DNA from: Acidobacteriota bacterium
GTDB taxonomy: Bacteria > Acidobacteriota > Thermoanaerobaculia > UBA5066 > Gp7-AA6
NCBI GenBank assembly: GCA_046725935.1
Contig: JBKOZO010000084.1
Coordinates: 13,204-77,203, forward strand
Reading direction: 5' to 3'
DNA length: 64,000 bases
The translations under genes were made by a program, and so were the position numbers. A model generated the notes under the pieces. The model saw only the letters and a list, made by a program, of their open reading frames with translations. It was not told the DNA's origin and made no database searches. Below are positions 25,132-35,480 of the stretch, in pieces (position 1 is the first letter of the stretch; the number at the start of each line of letters is the position of its first letter).

Positions 25132-25725
25132 TCAGGAGAGCGCGTCCAGAAACTCCTTGAGGATGCGGGCGGTCGCGCCCCAGATCACGTGGTCCCCGTG
25201 GTGGTAGAAGAGCACCGGCTCTTCGCGCCCCGGCAGCATCCTCGTCTCGAGCGCCTTCGGGTCGAGCAGCGCCGCGATAGGGGCCTCGACCAGCTCCGCG
25301 ATCTCGGCCTCGGCGACGCGAAAGGGATACGGGTTCGGGATCGCTCCCACGAACGGCTCGACGTAGAAGTTCGTGACCGTGGTCAGGGGCGAGAGCGCTC
25401 CAAGGGGCCTGACGTCCTCCGCGCGCACGCCGATTTCCTCGTCGGTCTCGCGCAGCGCCGTCTCGAGGGGAGAGTCGTCGGCGTCCTCGGCCGATCCTCC
25501 GGGAAACGAGATCTGCCCGCGGTGATATTCGAGGCTTTCGGTCCTCCGCGTCAGGAGCACCCACAGTCCTCCGTCCTTGACGAAGAGAGGCACGAGCACG
25601 GCCGCCCGGCGGATGCCCGGCGTGGGCGTCGCCGCGAGCGGCTCGTGCGCGGCCAGACGCTCCCGCACCTCGTCCATCCACGACCGCGCCGGAGGCGGGG
25701 CGGACGGACTAGTCGGCACGGGCAC
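25132..25725 (-). CDS. NUDIX hydrolase, CoA pyrophosphatase type
   Basis: NuCoA motif LLTRRTESLEYHRGQISFPGG followed by the Nudix box ALRETDEEIG. GTG 25725 overlaps the prfB end by 17 nt; ATG 25677 (MDEVRERL) is the alternative. Confidence 0.85.
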   Translation of the reverse strand: MPVPTSPSAPPPARSWMDEVRERLAAHEPLAATPTPGIRRAAVLVPLFVKDGGLWVLLTRRTESLEYHRGQISFPGGSAEDADDSPLETALRETDEEIGVRAEDVRPLGALSPLTTVTNFYVEPFVGAIPNPYPFRVAEAEIAELVEAPIAALLDPKALETRMLPGREEPVLFYHHGDHVIWGATARILKEFLDALS

Positions 25726-26828
25726 GGCCCCCTTCGGCCGCCGACTTCAGAAACGCCTCGATGAAGGGCGTCAGGCCGCCGTCGAGAACCCGATCGGTGT
25801 CTCCGGTCTCGTGCCCGGTCCGGTGATCCTTGACCATCCGGTAGGGGTGCAGGACGTACGAGCGGATCTGACTGCCCCACTCGATCGCCTTCTTCTCGCC
25901 GACCCGCTTCTCTTCCTCGGCCTTCCGATCGTCGAGGGCGCGCTGGTAGAGGCGGGCCTTCAGCACGCGCATCGCCATTTCGCGGTTGCGGCCCTGGCTG
26001 CGCTCGTTCTGGCACGTGACGACGATCCCCGACGGCAGGTGCGTGATGCGGACGGCCGAGTCGGTGACGTTGACGTGCTGTCCGCCGGCGCCGCTCGACC
26101 GGTAGGTGTCGACGCGGATGTCCTTGTCCGCGATGTCGATCTCGATGTCCTCGTCGACCTCGGGAGCGACGAAGACCGACGCGAAGGAGGTATGCCGCCG
26201 CTGAGCCGAGTCGAACGGGGAAATGCGCACGAGACGATGGACGCCCATCTCGCTCTTCAAGTACCCGTAGGCGTGGTCTCCGACGACGTGGAGCGTGGCA
26301 CTCTTCAACCCCGCCTCTTCCCCGTCTTGCCGGTCGATCAGCTCGGCCTTCCAGCCGCGCTGCTCCACGAAGCGCATGTACATGCGCAGGAGCATCTCGG
26401 CCCAGTCCTGGGACTCGGTTCCTCCGGCGCCGGCGTGGATCGAGAGCCACGCGTTCTTCACGTCCTCGGGGGCTCCCATCTTGACCGCCAACTCCAGCTC
26501 GTCGGCGAACGTCCCCGCCGCAGCGAGCGACTCCCGCGCCTCCGTCTCGGCCGGCTCTCCCTCTCGGAGGAGCTCCTCGAAGGCCGACAGCTCTCCCCGC
26601 AGGGCGTCGAGCCGTTCGGCCGTCTCCAGCCGCTTCTCGAAGCCCCGGATCTCGCGGAGCACGGACTGGGCTTCCTCGGGGCGGGACCAGAAGTCCGGTT
26701 GGGCGGCCTTTTCCCTCAGGCGGGAGAGCGCGCTGCGCGCCGCGTCCAGATCAAAGATAGCCCCGAAGCGCGGCGAGGCGCTCCGAGGCGGCGGCGAGAG
26801 AGGCCAGAAGGTCGTCGCGTTCGGTCAT
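25709..26828 (-). CDS. prfB: Peptide chain release factor 2, with programmed +1 frameshift
   Basis: Frame 0: ATG 26828 MTERDDLLASLAAASERLAALRGYL, then in-frame TGA (26753-26751). The +1 frame continues DLDAARSALSRLREKAAQPDFWS... through SPF and GGQ motifs (SPFDSAQRRHTSFA, GAGGQHVN) to the stop at 25709. Confidence 0.95.
26750..26765 (-). promoter_or_regulatory. prfB: RF2 autoregulatory +1 frameshift site (SD-like GGGG, then TAT CTT TGA T)
   Basis: Minus strand reads CGGGGCTATCTTTGATC. Compare the E. coli site AGGGGGUAUCUUUGAC. Confidence 0.9.
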
Positions 26829-28357
26829 GGAGAGGTCTTGCTTTCCACCCGCGGCGCCCGGCGCCGGAGCCGGAAGAGGCCGTAGAGTAGCACGACCCCG
26901 GCGGCCATGTCGGCGACGGTCGGGAGCGCGTAGCCCCAGCGCGTCCAGGTCGTTCGCTCCTGGACCAGCCGGATCGTTCCCGTGACGATCGTGCGCTCGT
27001 CGGCCGGCGACTCCTGGAGAATCCTTCCCCGATCGTCCACGATGCCGGAAATGCCGGTGATCGCGGCGCGCATCAGGTACCGCGAGTTCTCCACGGAACG
27101 TAGGACCGCGCCCGCAAAGTGCTGCTCCTGCGCGCCGGCGCGCCCGTACCACGAGTCGTTGGAGATCGTGGCCAGCACGTTCCCTCCTCCGGCCACCTCC
27201 CGGCGGACGAGGGACGGGTAGAGGATCTCGTAGCAGACGCCGACGCCGATCACGAAGGGTCCCGCCTTCAGCAGCGCGGCCTCGGGGGCGGCGGTGAAGG
27301 CGCCGATCTCGCTGGAGATCTGGCGCACGAAGAAGAAGACCTTCGGCAGAGGCACGTACTCTCCGAAGGGGACCAGGTGGACCTTGCGGTAGGAGGGATG
27401 CGCGATGCCCCGGCTCGTCAGCAGGCGCGCGGTGTTGTAGTAGCGACCGTCAGGATCCTCCTCGACGTCGTTGAAGAGAATGGCGGGTCCGCGCATCGCG
27501 ATCGTCGCGAGGTCCTGCCGCAGCCGCTCGCTCCGCTGCCAGTAGACGGGAAGCGCGGACTCCGGAAGGACGATCAATGCCGGCAGGTTGTCGCTGGCCT
27601 CGTCGGCCTGGGCGAGCACGGACTGGTATCCGGCGGCGGCTCCCGCGCTCGACGCGCGCATCTCCTCGGTGAGGTTGGGCTGCAGCAGCGCGACCGGAAG
27701 CTCTTCGCTGCCGGGCGCCGGCCGCGCGATCCGCCATGCGCCGAACACGCCGGCGCCGAGAACGAGCGCCATGGCCGCCGCCGCGGGCGCGAGAGTGCGG
27801 GCGGCGATCGTGCGGGCCAGCAGCGCGGCGACAGCCGCGACGAGGGCTCCCACGCCGAAGACTCCCCAGAACGAGGCCGACTGCATCCAGATCGGGTGAC
27901 GGAACAGGGCATGACCGGTCAGGTTCCAGGGGAAACCCTTGTAGACCACGCAGCGCAGATGCTCCGAGGCGGCCCAGAAGAGCGGGAAGAGCGCGAGCCG
28001 CCATCCCGACGTCGGCGGCGCGACGGCCACCGTCGCGAACGCCACGATCACCGGCCACTCCGCCAGGATCAGGGCCAGAAGAACGAGGCAGACGACCCCC
28101 ATCGGAGCGCTCTGTCCGCCGTAGTGCGTGACGACGTAGACGATCCACGGGATGGACGCGCACCAGTACACCAGGCCGAAAACGCCCCCGGAAAGCAGGG
28201 CGCGCCACAGGCTCTTCTCCCGCGACAGGGCGATGAGCCACGGGATGAGGGCCAGGGGCAGCAGAAGGACGAGGTGGTACGGTGGAAACGCGAGAGCGAA
28301 AAGCAGGCCGGAGAAAGCTCCCGCGAGGACCGAAACCCAGGCCCGGCCGCGTCGCAC
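26825..28357 (-). CDS. lnt: Apolipoprotein N-acyltransferase
   Basis: 510 aa. N-terminal polytopic membrane domain plus a C-terminal CN-hydrolase domain (LPESALP, VCYEILYP). Its stop overlaps the prfB start (ATGA). Confidence 0.9.
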   Translation of the reverse strand: MRRGRAWVSVLAGAFSGLLFALAFPPYHLVLLLPLALIPWLIALSREKSLWRALLSGGVFGLVYWCASIPWIVYVVTHYGGQSAPMGVVCLVLLALILAEWPVIVAFATVAVAPPTSGWRLALFPLFWAASEHLRCVVYKGFPWNLTGHALFRHPIWMQSASFWGVFGVGALVAAVAALLARTIAARTLAPAAAAMALVLGAGVFGAWRIARPAPGSEELPVALLQPNLTEEMRASSAGAAAGYQSVLAQADEASDNLPALIVLPESALPVYWQRSERLRQDLATIAMRGPAILFNDVEEDPDGRYYNTARLLTSRGIAHPSYRKVHLVPFGEYVPLPKVFFFVRQISSEIGAFTAAPEAALLKAGPFVIGVGVCYEILYPSLVRREVAGGGNVLATISNDSWYGRAGAQEQHFAGAVLRSVENSRYLMRAAITGISGIVDDRGRILQESPADERTIVTGTIRLVQERTTWTRWGYALPTVADMAAGVVLLYGLFRLRRRAPRVESKTSP

Positions 28358-28366
28358 GACTCGGGA

Positions 28367-29245
28367 CTACGCCTCGCGCCCGGCCGCGGCGAGGGCCTCC
28401 TCCGCCCGATAGGAGGAACGGACGAACGGGCCCGCGAAGACGTGTCGGAAACCGAGCTTCTCCCCCGCCAGACGATGGCCCTCGAAGACGTCGGGATGGA
28501 CGTACTCGACCACCGGGAGGTTCTCCGACGACGGCCGCAGGTACTGCCCGATCGTGACGATGTCCACGCCGGCTTCGCGCAGCGCCTCCAGAAGCGCCCG
28601 GACCTCGTCCTCGCGCTCCCCCAGACCCAGCATGAAGCCCGACTTCGTCGTCTTCTCCGGGGCCATCCGCTTGGCCGCGGAGAGCAATCCGAGAGAGCGT
28701 TCCAGTCGCGCGCCCCGGCGCACCTGCCGGTAGAGGCGGGGAACGGTCTCCACGTTGTGGTTGAATACGTCGGGCCCCGCCTCCAGCACGGACTCCAGCG
28801 ATTCCAGCCGCCCGAGAAAGTCCGGCGTCAGCACCTCGACACCGGGAACCGGGTCGAGCGTGCGCACGGCCCGGATCGTCTCGGCGAAGTGCGCCGCTCC
28901 TCCGTCGGGCAGGTCGTCCCGATCCACCGACGTCAGAACGACGAAGGAGAGCCCCATGCGCTCGACCGCCGAGCGCACCCGCCAGGGCTCTCCGGGATCG
29001 ACCGGGCGCGGCTTGCCGTTGGCGATGTCGCAGAAGCCGCACGCGCGCGTGCAGATGTCGCCGAGGAGGAGAAACGTCGCCGTGCCGCGCGCGAAGCACT
29101 CGCCGCGATTGGGGCAGCGCGCCTCTTCGCACACCGTGCGAAGGGCGTTGGCGCGCATGATGGTTTTGATCTCGTGGAGGTCCGCCAGCCGGAGCTTGCG
29201 CTCCCGGATCCACCCGGGAGGACGGACCGGCAGCGGCGCGCTCAC
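28367..29245 (-). CDS. lipA: Lipoyl synthase (radical SAM)
   Basis: 292 aa. CEEARCPNRGEC auxiliary cluster motif and CTRACGFC radical-SAM motif. GTG start overlaps the upstream stop (GTGA). Confidence 0.95.
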   Translation of the reverse strand: MSAPLPVRPPGWIRERKLRLADLHEIKTIMRANALRTVCEEARCPNRGECFARGTATFLLLGDICTRACGFCDIANGKPRPVDPGEPWRVRSAVERMGLSFVVLTSVDRDDLPDGGAAHFAETIRAVRTLDPVPGVEVLTPDFLGRLESLESVLEAGPDVFNHNVETVPRLYRQVRRGARLERSLGLLSAAKRMAPEKTTKSGFMLGLGEREDEVRALLEALREAGVDIVTIGQYLRPSSENLPVVEYVHPDVFEGHRLAGEKLGFRHVFAGPFVRSSYRAEEALAAAGREA

Positions 29246-29913
29246 TTGCCTTCGGGCACGACCCAGGGGCCCTTGAGCTTTTCCTGTTTCGCCAGACGCG
29301 TGGCCGCCCGCTGGGCCTCCGGTTCCGACGCATACGGGCCGACCCGGATCCGGTAGACGCGGCCCTTCCCGTGCGGACCATCGGCCGAAAGGATCTGGGC
29401 GTGGAACCCGCGGCGCGAGAGCCGCGCCTGGAGCGAGCCCGCCTCTTCGCGAGACGTGAGCGAGGCGACCTGGACCCAGTACTTGGCGGCGCTCGAGGCG
29501 GCTGGCCGTTCGGGGCCTGACGGGGTGTGGGCCACGGGCGCGGGGGACTCCTCCGAAGCGGGGGGCTCGTCGGCCGACCGGTCCTCGAAGGGCTGGAGGG
29601 TGACGGGGACCGTGGGATCGGGCGCCCCCGTCGGGCCCGCCGGGACCGGCGCCAGAACGGTGCGGGAGGGACCCCTGTACACCGCCGTCGGAACGGCCGT
29701 CTCGACCCGTGGCATCGCCTCGGGCGTCTCGGCTTGCGGCGCCGTGAGCGACGCGACCGTCTCCGTCTCCCGGGCCGATGGCGAGCGGCCGGCGAGTCCC
29801 GCCTGGAGACCGAAGAAGAACGCAACGGCCAGAGCGACCAGGAGGGCGGCGAACAGGCCCAAGGCCTGCCGCGCGGTCAGGGAGATTTGATAGTGCGTCC
29901 GGGGACCTTCCAC
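29242..29913 (-). CDS. SPOR-domain membrane protein
   Basis: N-terminal TM helix (LGLFAALLVALAVAFFFGL), a Pro-rich linker, and a C-terminal SPOR-like YWVQVASLTSREEAGSLQARL...YRIRVGPYASEPEAQRAATRL. Confidence 0.8.
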   Translation of the reverse strand: MEGPRTHYQISLTARQALGLFAALLVALAVAFFFGLQAGLAGRSPSARETETVASLTAPQAETPEAMPRVETAVPTAVYRGPSRTVLAPVPAGPTGAPDPTVPVTLQPFEDRSADEPPASEESPAPVAHTPSGPERPAASSAAKYWVQVASLTSREEAGSLQARLSRRGFHAQILSADGPHGKGRVYRIRVGPYASEPEAQRAATRLAKQEKLKGPWVVPEGK

Positions 29914-29947
29914 TCAGGCCGCAGTGTAGCCCGGTTTACGCGGCCGT

Positions 29948-30715
29948 CTACTCCGACTTCTTTCCGAGGAACGAGGAGATGAGATCGATCGGGAGCGGAA
30001 ACACGATCGTGGAGTTCTTCTCGTTGGCGATCTCGGTCAGCGTCTGCAGGTATCGCAGCTGCAGCGTCGCAGGCTGCTTGTCGATGATCTTGGCCGCCTC
30101 CGAGAGCTGGGCAGCGGCCTGGAATTCGCCCTCCGCGTGGATGATCTTGGCGCGCTTCTCGCGCTCGGCCTCGGCCTGCTTGGCCATCGCCCGCTGCATC
30201 TCGGGCGGGAGGTCGACCTGCTTGACCTCGACGAGCGAGACCTTGATGCCCCAGGGCTGCGTGTGCTCGTCGATCACCTTCTGCAGGTCCAGGTTGAGCT
30301 TCTCGCGCTCGGACAGCAGCTCGTCCATGAGGGCCTGGCCCAGGACGCTCCGCAGCGTGGTCTGCGCGAGCTGCGAGGTCGCGTACAGATAGTTTTCCAC
30401 CTGCACCACGGCCTTCTGCGGATCCACGACGCGGAAGTAGACGACCGCGTTGACCTTCACGGACACGTTGTCCTTCGTGATGATGTCCTGCGGAGGCACG
30501 TCGTGGACGACCGTCCGCAGCGAGATGCGCACCATGCGCTCGACCGGCCAGAAGATCAGCACGAGGCCGGGCCCCTTCGGCTGCTTGCCGAGACGGCCCA
30601 GCCAGAAGGTCACTGCGCGTTCGTACTCGTTGAGGACGTTGATCCACTTGAAGAGAAACAGCAACAGGATGAAGGCCGCCACAACCAGCCCCGGAAACGA
30701 CACGACTCCGCTCAT
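29948..30715 (-). CDS. SPFH/band-7 protein (stomatin-like)
   Basis: Only the last 256 codons of the 710-aa track ORF are used. ATG 30715 overlaps the NfeD stop (ATGA). Motifs [50 protein letters not shown]. Confidence 0.9.
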   Translation of the reverse strand: MSGVVSFPGLVVAAFILLLFLFKWINVLNEYERAVTFWLGRLGKQPKGPGLVLIFWPVERMVRISLRTVVHDVPPQDIITKDNVSVKVNAVVYFRVVDPQKAVVQVENYLYATSQLAQTTLRSVLGQALMDELLSEREKLNLDLQKVIDEHTQPWGIKVSLVEVKQVDLPPEMQRAMAKQAEAEREKRAKIIHAEGEFQAAAQLSEAAKIIDKQPATLQLRYLQTLTEIANEKNSTIVFPLPIDLISSFLGKKSE

Positions 30716-32010
30716 CCGCTCCTCCGTTCGACGTGCAGGACTCCGTCTCGGACCCTCGTGACGCGCGCCGTCTCGCCTGGCGCGAGATCCGCCGGCCCCT
30801 CGGCCTCCCAGTACTCCCCGACGACGTGGACGCGTCCGCGGCGCTGCCCCGAAAAGCCGTCCACGACCCGGGCCGTCGCGCCGACCATCCCCTCGACTCC
30901 AGTCCGGGCGGGCAGCCGGCGCAGCTGGAGGGTCCGTCGGGCCAGGAGCGCCACCACCGCGATGGCCACGGCGAGTCCCGGCAGAATCACCCCGAGATCC
31001 ACGTGGTATCCGGCGCGATCGCCCTTGCCCGAGAAGAGCATCAGAAACCCGGCGACGAGGGCGACCGCGCCGCCCAGCGTCAGGAGCCCGTGGCTGACCA
31101 CTTTGATCTCGGCGACGAAGAGAAGGACCGCGAACAGGATCAGGGCGACGCCGGCCAGGTTCACCGGAAGGACCGAGAAGGCGTAGAAGGCCAGCAGCAG
31201 GCAGATTCCGCCGACGATGCCGGGCAGGATCGCGCCCGGCGTGGACAGCTCGAAGTAGAGTCCGGCGAGCCCGAGGAGGAAGAGAAGGGCGGCGACGTTG
31301 GGATGAGACACGATCCCGAGCGCCCGCTCCAGGCGTCCCATCGGGCGCTCCTCGAGGCGATAACCCTTCAGCGCGAGCGTCGTCTCTCCTCCTCCCACGC
31401 GCCGGATCTTCCGGCCCTCGAGCTGCCGGAGAAGATCCGGCAGGTCCCGCGCGACGATCTCGACCAGGCCGCCATCCTTCGCTTCGGTCTCCGTGTAGGA
31501 GGCGCTCTTCTCGACCGCCGCCTCCGCCTTCGCGACGTTGCGCCCCCGCTTCTCCGCGAGCGTCCGGGCGAACGCGCGCGCGTCCTGCTCGGCTTTCTCG
31601 TTGAGCTTCTTGGGCAGGTCCTGACCTTCTCCGCCGACAGGATGCGCCGCGCCTGTGTTCGTCCCGGGAGCCATCGCCGCGACGTCGCTCGAGAGAAGCA
31701 CTAGGAATCCGGCCGAGGCGGCTTGCGCTCCCGCGGGCGCGACGTACATCGCGACCGGCACCTTCGACTGCAGGATGTCCGACGTCATCTCGCGGGTCGA
31801 GGTCAGCAGGCCGCCCGGAGTGGAGAGCGTCAGCACGACGAGCGAGGCGTGATTCTCCTCGGCCTGGGCCAGGACCTTGCGCAGATAGTCGGCCGCCGCC
31901 GGGTGGATCGGAGTGTCGATGCGCCCGACCACGACGAGCGGCGCAGTTTCGGAGGCAGCCGCGAGGGAAGTGACGAGGAGTGAGGCCGCAAGCAACGCCC
32001 GCGTTCTCAT
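30712..32010 (-). CDS. NfeD-family membrane-bound ClpP-class serine protease
   Basis: 432 aa. GGAGG before ATG 32010. Signal peptide, ClpP-like [10 protein letters not shown]...[12 protein letters not shown], central TM block, and a C-terminal NfeD OB-fold region ([12 protein letters not shown]). Classic partner of the downstream stomatin. Confidence 0.85.
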   Translation of the reverse strand: MRTRALLAASLLVTSLAAASETAPLVVVGRIDTPIHPAAADYLRKVLAQAEENHASLVVLTLSTPGGLLTSTREMTSDILQSKVPVAMYVAPAGAQAASAGFLVLLSSDVAAMAPGTNTGAAHPVGGEGQDLPKKLNEKAEQDARAFARTLAEKRGRNVAKAEAAVEKSASYTETEAKDGGLVEIVARDLPDLLRQLEGRKIRRVGGGETTLALKGYRLEERPMGRLERALGIVSHPNVAALLFLLGLAGLYFELSTPGAILPGIVGGICLLLAFYAFSVLPVNLAGVALILFAVLLFVAEIKVVSHGLLTLGGAVALVAGFLMLFSGKGDRAGYHVDLGVILPGLAVAIAVVALLARRTLQLRRLPARTGVEGMVGATARVVDGFSGQRRGRVHVVGEYWEAEGPADLAPGETARVTRVRDGVLHVERRSG

Positions 32011-32058
32011 CGCCTCCGAGTCTATCGCACGCCGCGCCGGACCGGGGCCGGGTTATAA

Positions 32059-32949
32059 ATGCGCGTGCGCATCCGGCCAACCGAAGCCGTGCACGCGACG
32101 GCGCTCGTCGTGCTGACGGCGCTGACCATCGCGCTACGGCATCGCCTCGAAAACCCCGGCAAGCTGCTGCTCGGCTACTTGATCCTCGCCGGCGTCCTCG
32201 TCCTCGTCACCTGGCTCGTGCCGAAGGAGGCCCGGCTGCCCGCGCCGCTGGACTTCCTGATCGACTTCTATCCGGCCGTCTTCCTGCCGGTCCTCTTCAA
32301 CATGCTCGAGCCGCTGATCGCGGCCCTCCGCGGAGGAGCCCGGGACGACCTCCTGATCGCGATCGACCGGGCCATGTTCGGCGCGGACGTGACGGTCTGG
32401 ATGCAGCGCTTCGCGCGGCCCCTCGTCAACGACATCTTCTACTGCTTCTACGCGACCTACTACTTCCTCGCCCTGACGCTGGGCCTGATCCTGTGGCTGA
32501 GGGATCGTCCGGCCGCGCGGCGCTTCGTCTTCACGCTGATGGTCGTTTACTACGTGTCCTACGCCGGCTATTTCATCGTCCCCGCCCTGGGTCCGCGTTT
32601 CGCGCAGGCAAACCTCTACACCGTCTCGTTGACCGAGACCCCGGTTTCCCGATTCATCAACGACACCATCAACAGCCTCGAGAAGACGAAGTTCGATGTG
32701 TTCCCGTCGGGCCACACCATGGTGTCGGTCGCGGTCCTGCTCGTCGCCTGGAAGAGGGCCCGCGACATCTTCTGGTGGCTCCTGCCGATCGCGACAGGCC
32801 TGATCATCTCCACGGTCTACTGCCGCTTCCACTACGTGATCGACCTGATCGCCGGAGCATCCCTCGCCGTCGTGACGGTTCCGTTGGGAGACTGGATCTA
32901 CGACCGGTGGACGGCACGGCAGGCCGCGCGACAGGTAGCGCCCGCTTAG
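32059..32949 (+). CDS. PAP2-superfamily membrane protein of the IPC-synthase / sphingomyelin-synthase-like (PAP2_C/PAP2_3) type
   Basis: 296 aa, polytopic. Motifs [10 protein letters not shown] and [12 protein letters not shown] correspond to the SGHT and HY.xD motifs of phosphosphingolipid synthases. Confidence 0.7.
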   Translation: MRVRIRPTEAVHATALVVLTALTIALRHRLENPGKLLLGYLILAGVLVLVTWLVPKEARLPAPLDFLIDFYPAVFLPVLFNMLEPLIAALRGGARDDLLIAIDRAMFGADVTVWMQRFARPLVNDIFYCFYATYYFLALTLGLILWLRDRPAARRFVFTLMVVYYVSYAGYFIVPALGPRFAQANLYTVSLTETPVSRFINDTINSLEKTKFDVFPSGHTMVSVAVLLVAWKRARDIFWWLLPIATGLIISTVYCRFHYVIDLIAGASLAVVTVPLGDWIYDRWTARQAARQVAPA

Positions 32950-34118
32950 AGCGCTTTTTCGTAGATCCGGTAGGTCTTGTAGAGCTTGCCGCCCCACAGG
33001 CGCACGGCTCCGATGACGAGCTCGTTGTCCTCGAGGAGCCAGGAGACCTCGGCCCCCGTGTAGCCTAGCTTCAGCAGGAAGCGGAGGGAGTCGGCCATCA
33101 TGATGGACTGGACGCCGCTCATGCGGTGGGTCCGTTTGATCCCCAGGGCCAGGACGCGGACGGTGCGGATCTTCCTCGTGCCCAGGAGAAACTTCAGCCA
33201 GCCGAACGGGAAGAGGCGGCCTCTCGTCGGCGCAATCGCGACGTTGTAGTCCGGAAGCATCAACATGAAGGCGATCGGTTCGAGCGAGCCATCCGGGCGA
33301 GGCGCTTCGGCCAGCCAGACGAGCTTTTCCTGGAGGAGTGGCTTCAAGCGCTTGGCCATGAAGTCCATCTCTTCCGGCGTCATCGGGACGAAGCCCCAGT
33401 TCTTCTCCCACGCCTCGTTGTAGACCTCCCGGATCTTCGGCAGGTCCCGGGAGAGGCCGCCTTTCGAGACGTTCCGAACCACGACCGAGCTCTCGCGCTT
33501 GCGAAATCGGTCCGCCACGCGTGACAGGCGTTCGAGAGGCTTTTCCTCGAGAGGGAACCAGAATGCCAGGAGATCCTTCGCCTTGCGAAAGCCCTGGCCC
33601 TCGATCAGCGCCGCGTAGGAGCGCGGGTTGTAGGTCATCATCAGGACCGGAGGCGAATCGAAGCCGTCCACCAGAAGCCCGACTTCGTCGTTCAGCGTCG
33701 GGTTGACCGGTCCGCGCAGCACGCTCATCTTGCGCTCGCGTCCCCAGAGCGCCGCCGCCTCGAGCAGCTTCCCGGCGACGGCCGGGTCGTTGACCGACTC
33801 GAAAAACCCGAAGAAGGCCGCCTTCTCTCCGTGGAACGAGTTGTGGTTGCGGTCGAGGATCGCGGCGATCCGCCCGACGTCCTCGCCGTCGCGCTGCGCG
33901 ACGAAGAGTTGCATCTCGCCGTGGCGGAAGAACGGGTTCTCGCTCTGGAAGACCTTGGCGAGATCGGCCCGCAGCGGCGCAACCCAGTTCGGGTCGGCAG
34001 TGTAGATGCGGTCGGCCACGTCGAAGAAGCGAGCGAGGTCGGACCTGCTGCGGCCGATGCGCTGTACCGCGACGCTTGCAGCCGGGCTCGCGGCTCCCCC
34101 GCCGCTTTCGGCTCTCAC
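32946..34118 (-). CDS. N-acyltransferase-like protein (GNAT-fold type), candidate bacterial ceramide synthase
   Basis: 390 aa, GTG 34118, 13 nt downstream of the spt-like stop. The sequence (…GRIAAILDRNHNSFHGEKAAFFGFFE…NEAWEKNWGFVPMT…) resembles, from memory, the roughly 380-400-aa acyl-CoA N-acyltransferase family often next to spt. The family call has low certainty. Confidence 0.55.
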   Translation of the reverse strand: MRAESGGGAASPAASVAVQRIGRSRSDLARFFDVADRIYTADPNWVAPLRADLAKVFQSENPFFRHGEMQLFVAQRDGEDVGRIAAILDRNHNSFHGEKAAFFGFFESVNDPAVAGKLLEAAALWGRERKMSVLRGPVNPTLNDEVGLLVDGFDSPPVLMMTYNPRSYAALIEGQGFRKAKDLLAFWFPLEEKPLERLSRVADRFRKRESSVVVRNVSKGGLSRDLPKIREVYNEAWEKNWGFVPMTPEEMDFMAKRLKPLLQEKLVWLAEAPRPDGSLEPIAFMLMLPDYNVAIAPTRGRLFPFGWLKFLLGTRKIRTVRVLALGIKRTHRMSGVQSIMMADSLRFLLKLGYTGAEVSWLLEDNELVIGAVRLWGGKLYKTYRIYEKAL

Positions 34119-34131
34119 GGGCTTGGGGGGC

Positions 34132-35373
34132 TCAGGCGTGCGCCGTGCGGACGAGCCCGACCTCGCGGCCGACCTTCTGGAAGGCGTCGAGGACCCGCAC
34201 GAGCTGCTCGCGCGTGTGCGTCGCCATCAGGGAGGTGCGGATCAGCGCCCGGCCGGGCGGAGTGGCGGGAGAAAGCACGCAGTTGACGAAGACACCTTCT
34301 TCCTGGAGGCGGTGCACCATGCGCAACGCCATCAGGTCCTCGCCCACGACCACCGGAACGACCGGAGTGCGGGACTCGCCGGTATCGAACCCGAGCGACC
34401 GCAGGCCCTCGGCGAAGAATCGCGTGTTCTCCCAGAGGCGCTCCCGCCGCTCGGGTTCGCGCTCCATGACTTCGATCGTCGCCAGCGCCGCCGCCGCCGA
34501 AGCCGGCGGGGGCGCGGCCGAGAAGACCAGCGTCCGCGCGCGGTGCTTGATGTAGTCGATCACGGTGGCGTTTCCGGCGATGAAGCCGCCGACCGAGGCC
34601 ATCGACTTCGAGAAGGTCCCCATGATCAGGTCCACGTCGTGCTCGAGGCCGAAGTGCTCGGCCGTGCCGCGTCCCGTCTTGCCCAGAACCCCGATCCCGT
34701 GAGCGTCGTCGACCATCACGCCCGCCGAGAACTCCCTCGCGGCGGCGACGATCTCGGGCAGTGGAGCGATGTCGCCCTCCATCGAGAATACGCCGTCGAT
34801 GACCACGAGGCGGCCCTTCGCCTCGGCGTCGTTGCGCATCTGGCGGCGAAGATCCGCCGGGTCGTTGTGCTTGAACTTCTTGACGTCGCCGAAGGACAGC
34901 CGGGCGCCGTCGATGATGCAGGCGTGGTCCTGCTTGTCGAGATAGACGGTGTCCCCTTTGCCGACCAGGCACGCGATGGCTCCGAGGTTGACCTGGAAGC
35001 CGGTCGAGAAGGTGACGGCAGCCTCCTGGCGCATGAACTCGGCCAGGCGCTGCTCCAGCCGCACGTGGAGATCCAAGGTTCCGTTCAAGAAGCGGCTTCC
35101 CGCGCAGCCCGATCCGTATTTCCGGATCGCGTCGATCGCCGCTTCCTTGACGCGGGGATCATTGGTCAGTCCGAGGTAGTTGTTGGAGCCCAGCATGACG
35201 AGCCGGCGGCCACCCAGCACGACTTCGGGGTCCTGAGCGGACTCGATGACGCGGAAGAACGAGTAGTACCCCGTCTCGCGAACTCGCGCCGCTTCCTGGT
35301 ACCGGTGGCACTTTTCGAAGACCGGAGCAGTCCCCACCGCGTCGTCCCTTGTTAGCCGGGCGACCTTGCTCAT
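34132..35373 (-). CDS. Alpha-oxoamine synthase, serine palmitoyltransferase-like
   Basis: ATG 35373 with GGTGGGGGAAACACG upstream. 413 aa. Motifs LGSNNYLGL, GSGCAGSRFLNGT, DDAHGIG, PLP-lysine GTFSKSMASVGGF. The C-terminal NCVLSPATPPGRALIRTSLMATHT resembles Sphingomonas Spt (NMARPPATPAGTFLLRCSICAEHT) as recalled. Confidence 0.8.
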   Translation of the reverse strand: MSKVARLTRDDAVGTAPVFEKCHRYQEAARVRETGYYSFFRVIESAQDPEVVLGGRRLVMLGSNNYLGLTNDPRVKEAAIDAIRKYGSGCAGSRFLNGTLDLHVRLEQRLAEFMRQEAAVTFSTGFQVNLGAIACLVGKGDTVYLDKQDHACIIDGARLSFGDVKKFKHNDPADLRRQMRNDAEAKGRLVVIDGVFSMEGDIAPLPEIVAAAREFSAGVMVDDAHGIGVLGKTGRGTAEHFGLEHDVDLIMGTFSKSMASVGGFIAGNATVIDYIKHRARTLVFSAAPPPASAAAALATIEVMEREPERRERLWENTRFFAEGLRSLGFDTGESRTPVVPVVVGEDLMALRMVHRLQEEGVFVNCVLSPATPPGRALIRTSLMATHTREQLVRVLDAFQKVGREVGLVRTAHA

Positions 35374-35423
35374 CGTGTTTCCCCCACCTGAAAATTGCCG
35401 GACTGGAGCGGCGATCTTAGCAA

Positions 35424-35452
35424 ATTTTACAAACTCGCGCCCCGCAGGTAAA
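35424..35452 (-). promoter_or_regulatory. Candidate sigma-70-type promoter for the spt-like gene
   Basis: Minus strand reads TTTACC-17 nt-TAAAAT, in the AT-richest spot of the window, about 50 nt upstream of ATG 35373. Confidence 0.4.
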
Positions 35453-35480
35453 GCCCCTCTTACGGAAGATCTTGAAGGCC

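Noticed and set aside
27450-29825. 791-aa minus ORF spanning lnt, lipA and the SPOR gene.
   Set aside because: It is an alternative frame of three well-supported same-strand genes and has Arg/Pro/Ser-rich low complexity.
30716-32080. N-terminal 455 codons of the 710-aa minus ORF 29948..32080.
   Set aside because: This stretch overlaps the NfeD gene out of frame. The real SPFH gene starts at ATG 30715, where it forms an ATGA overlap with the NfeD stop.
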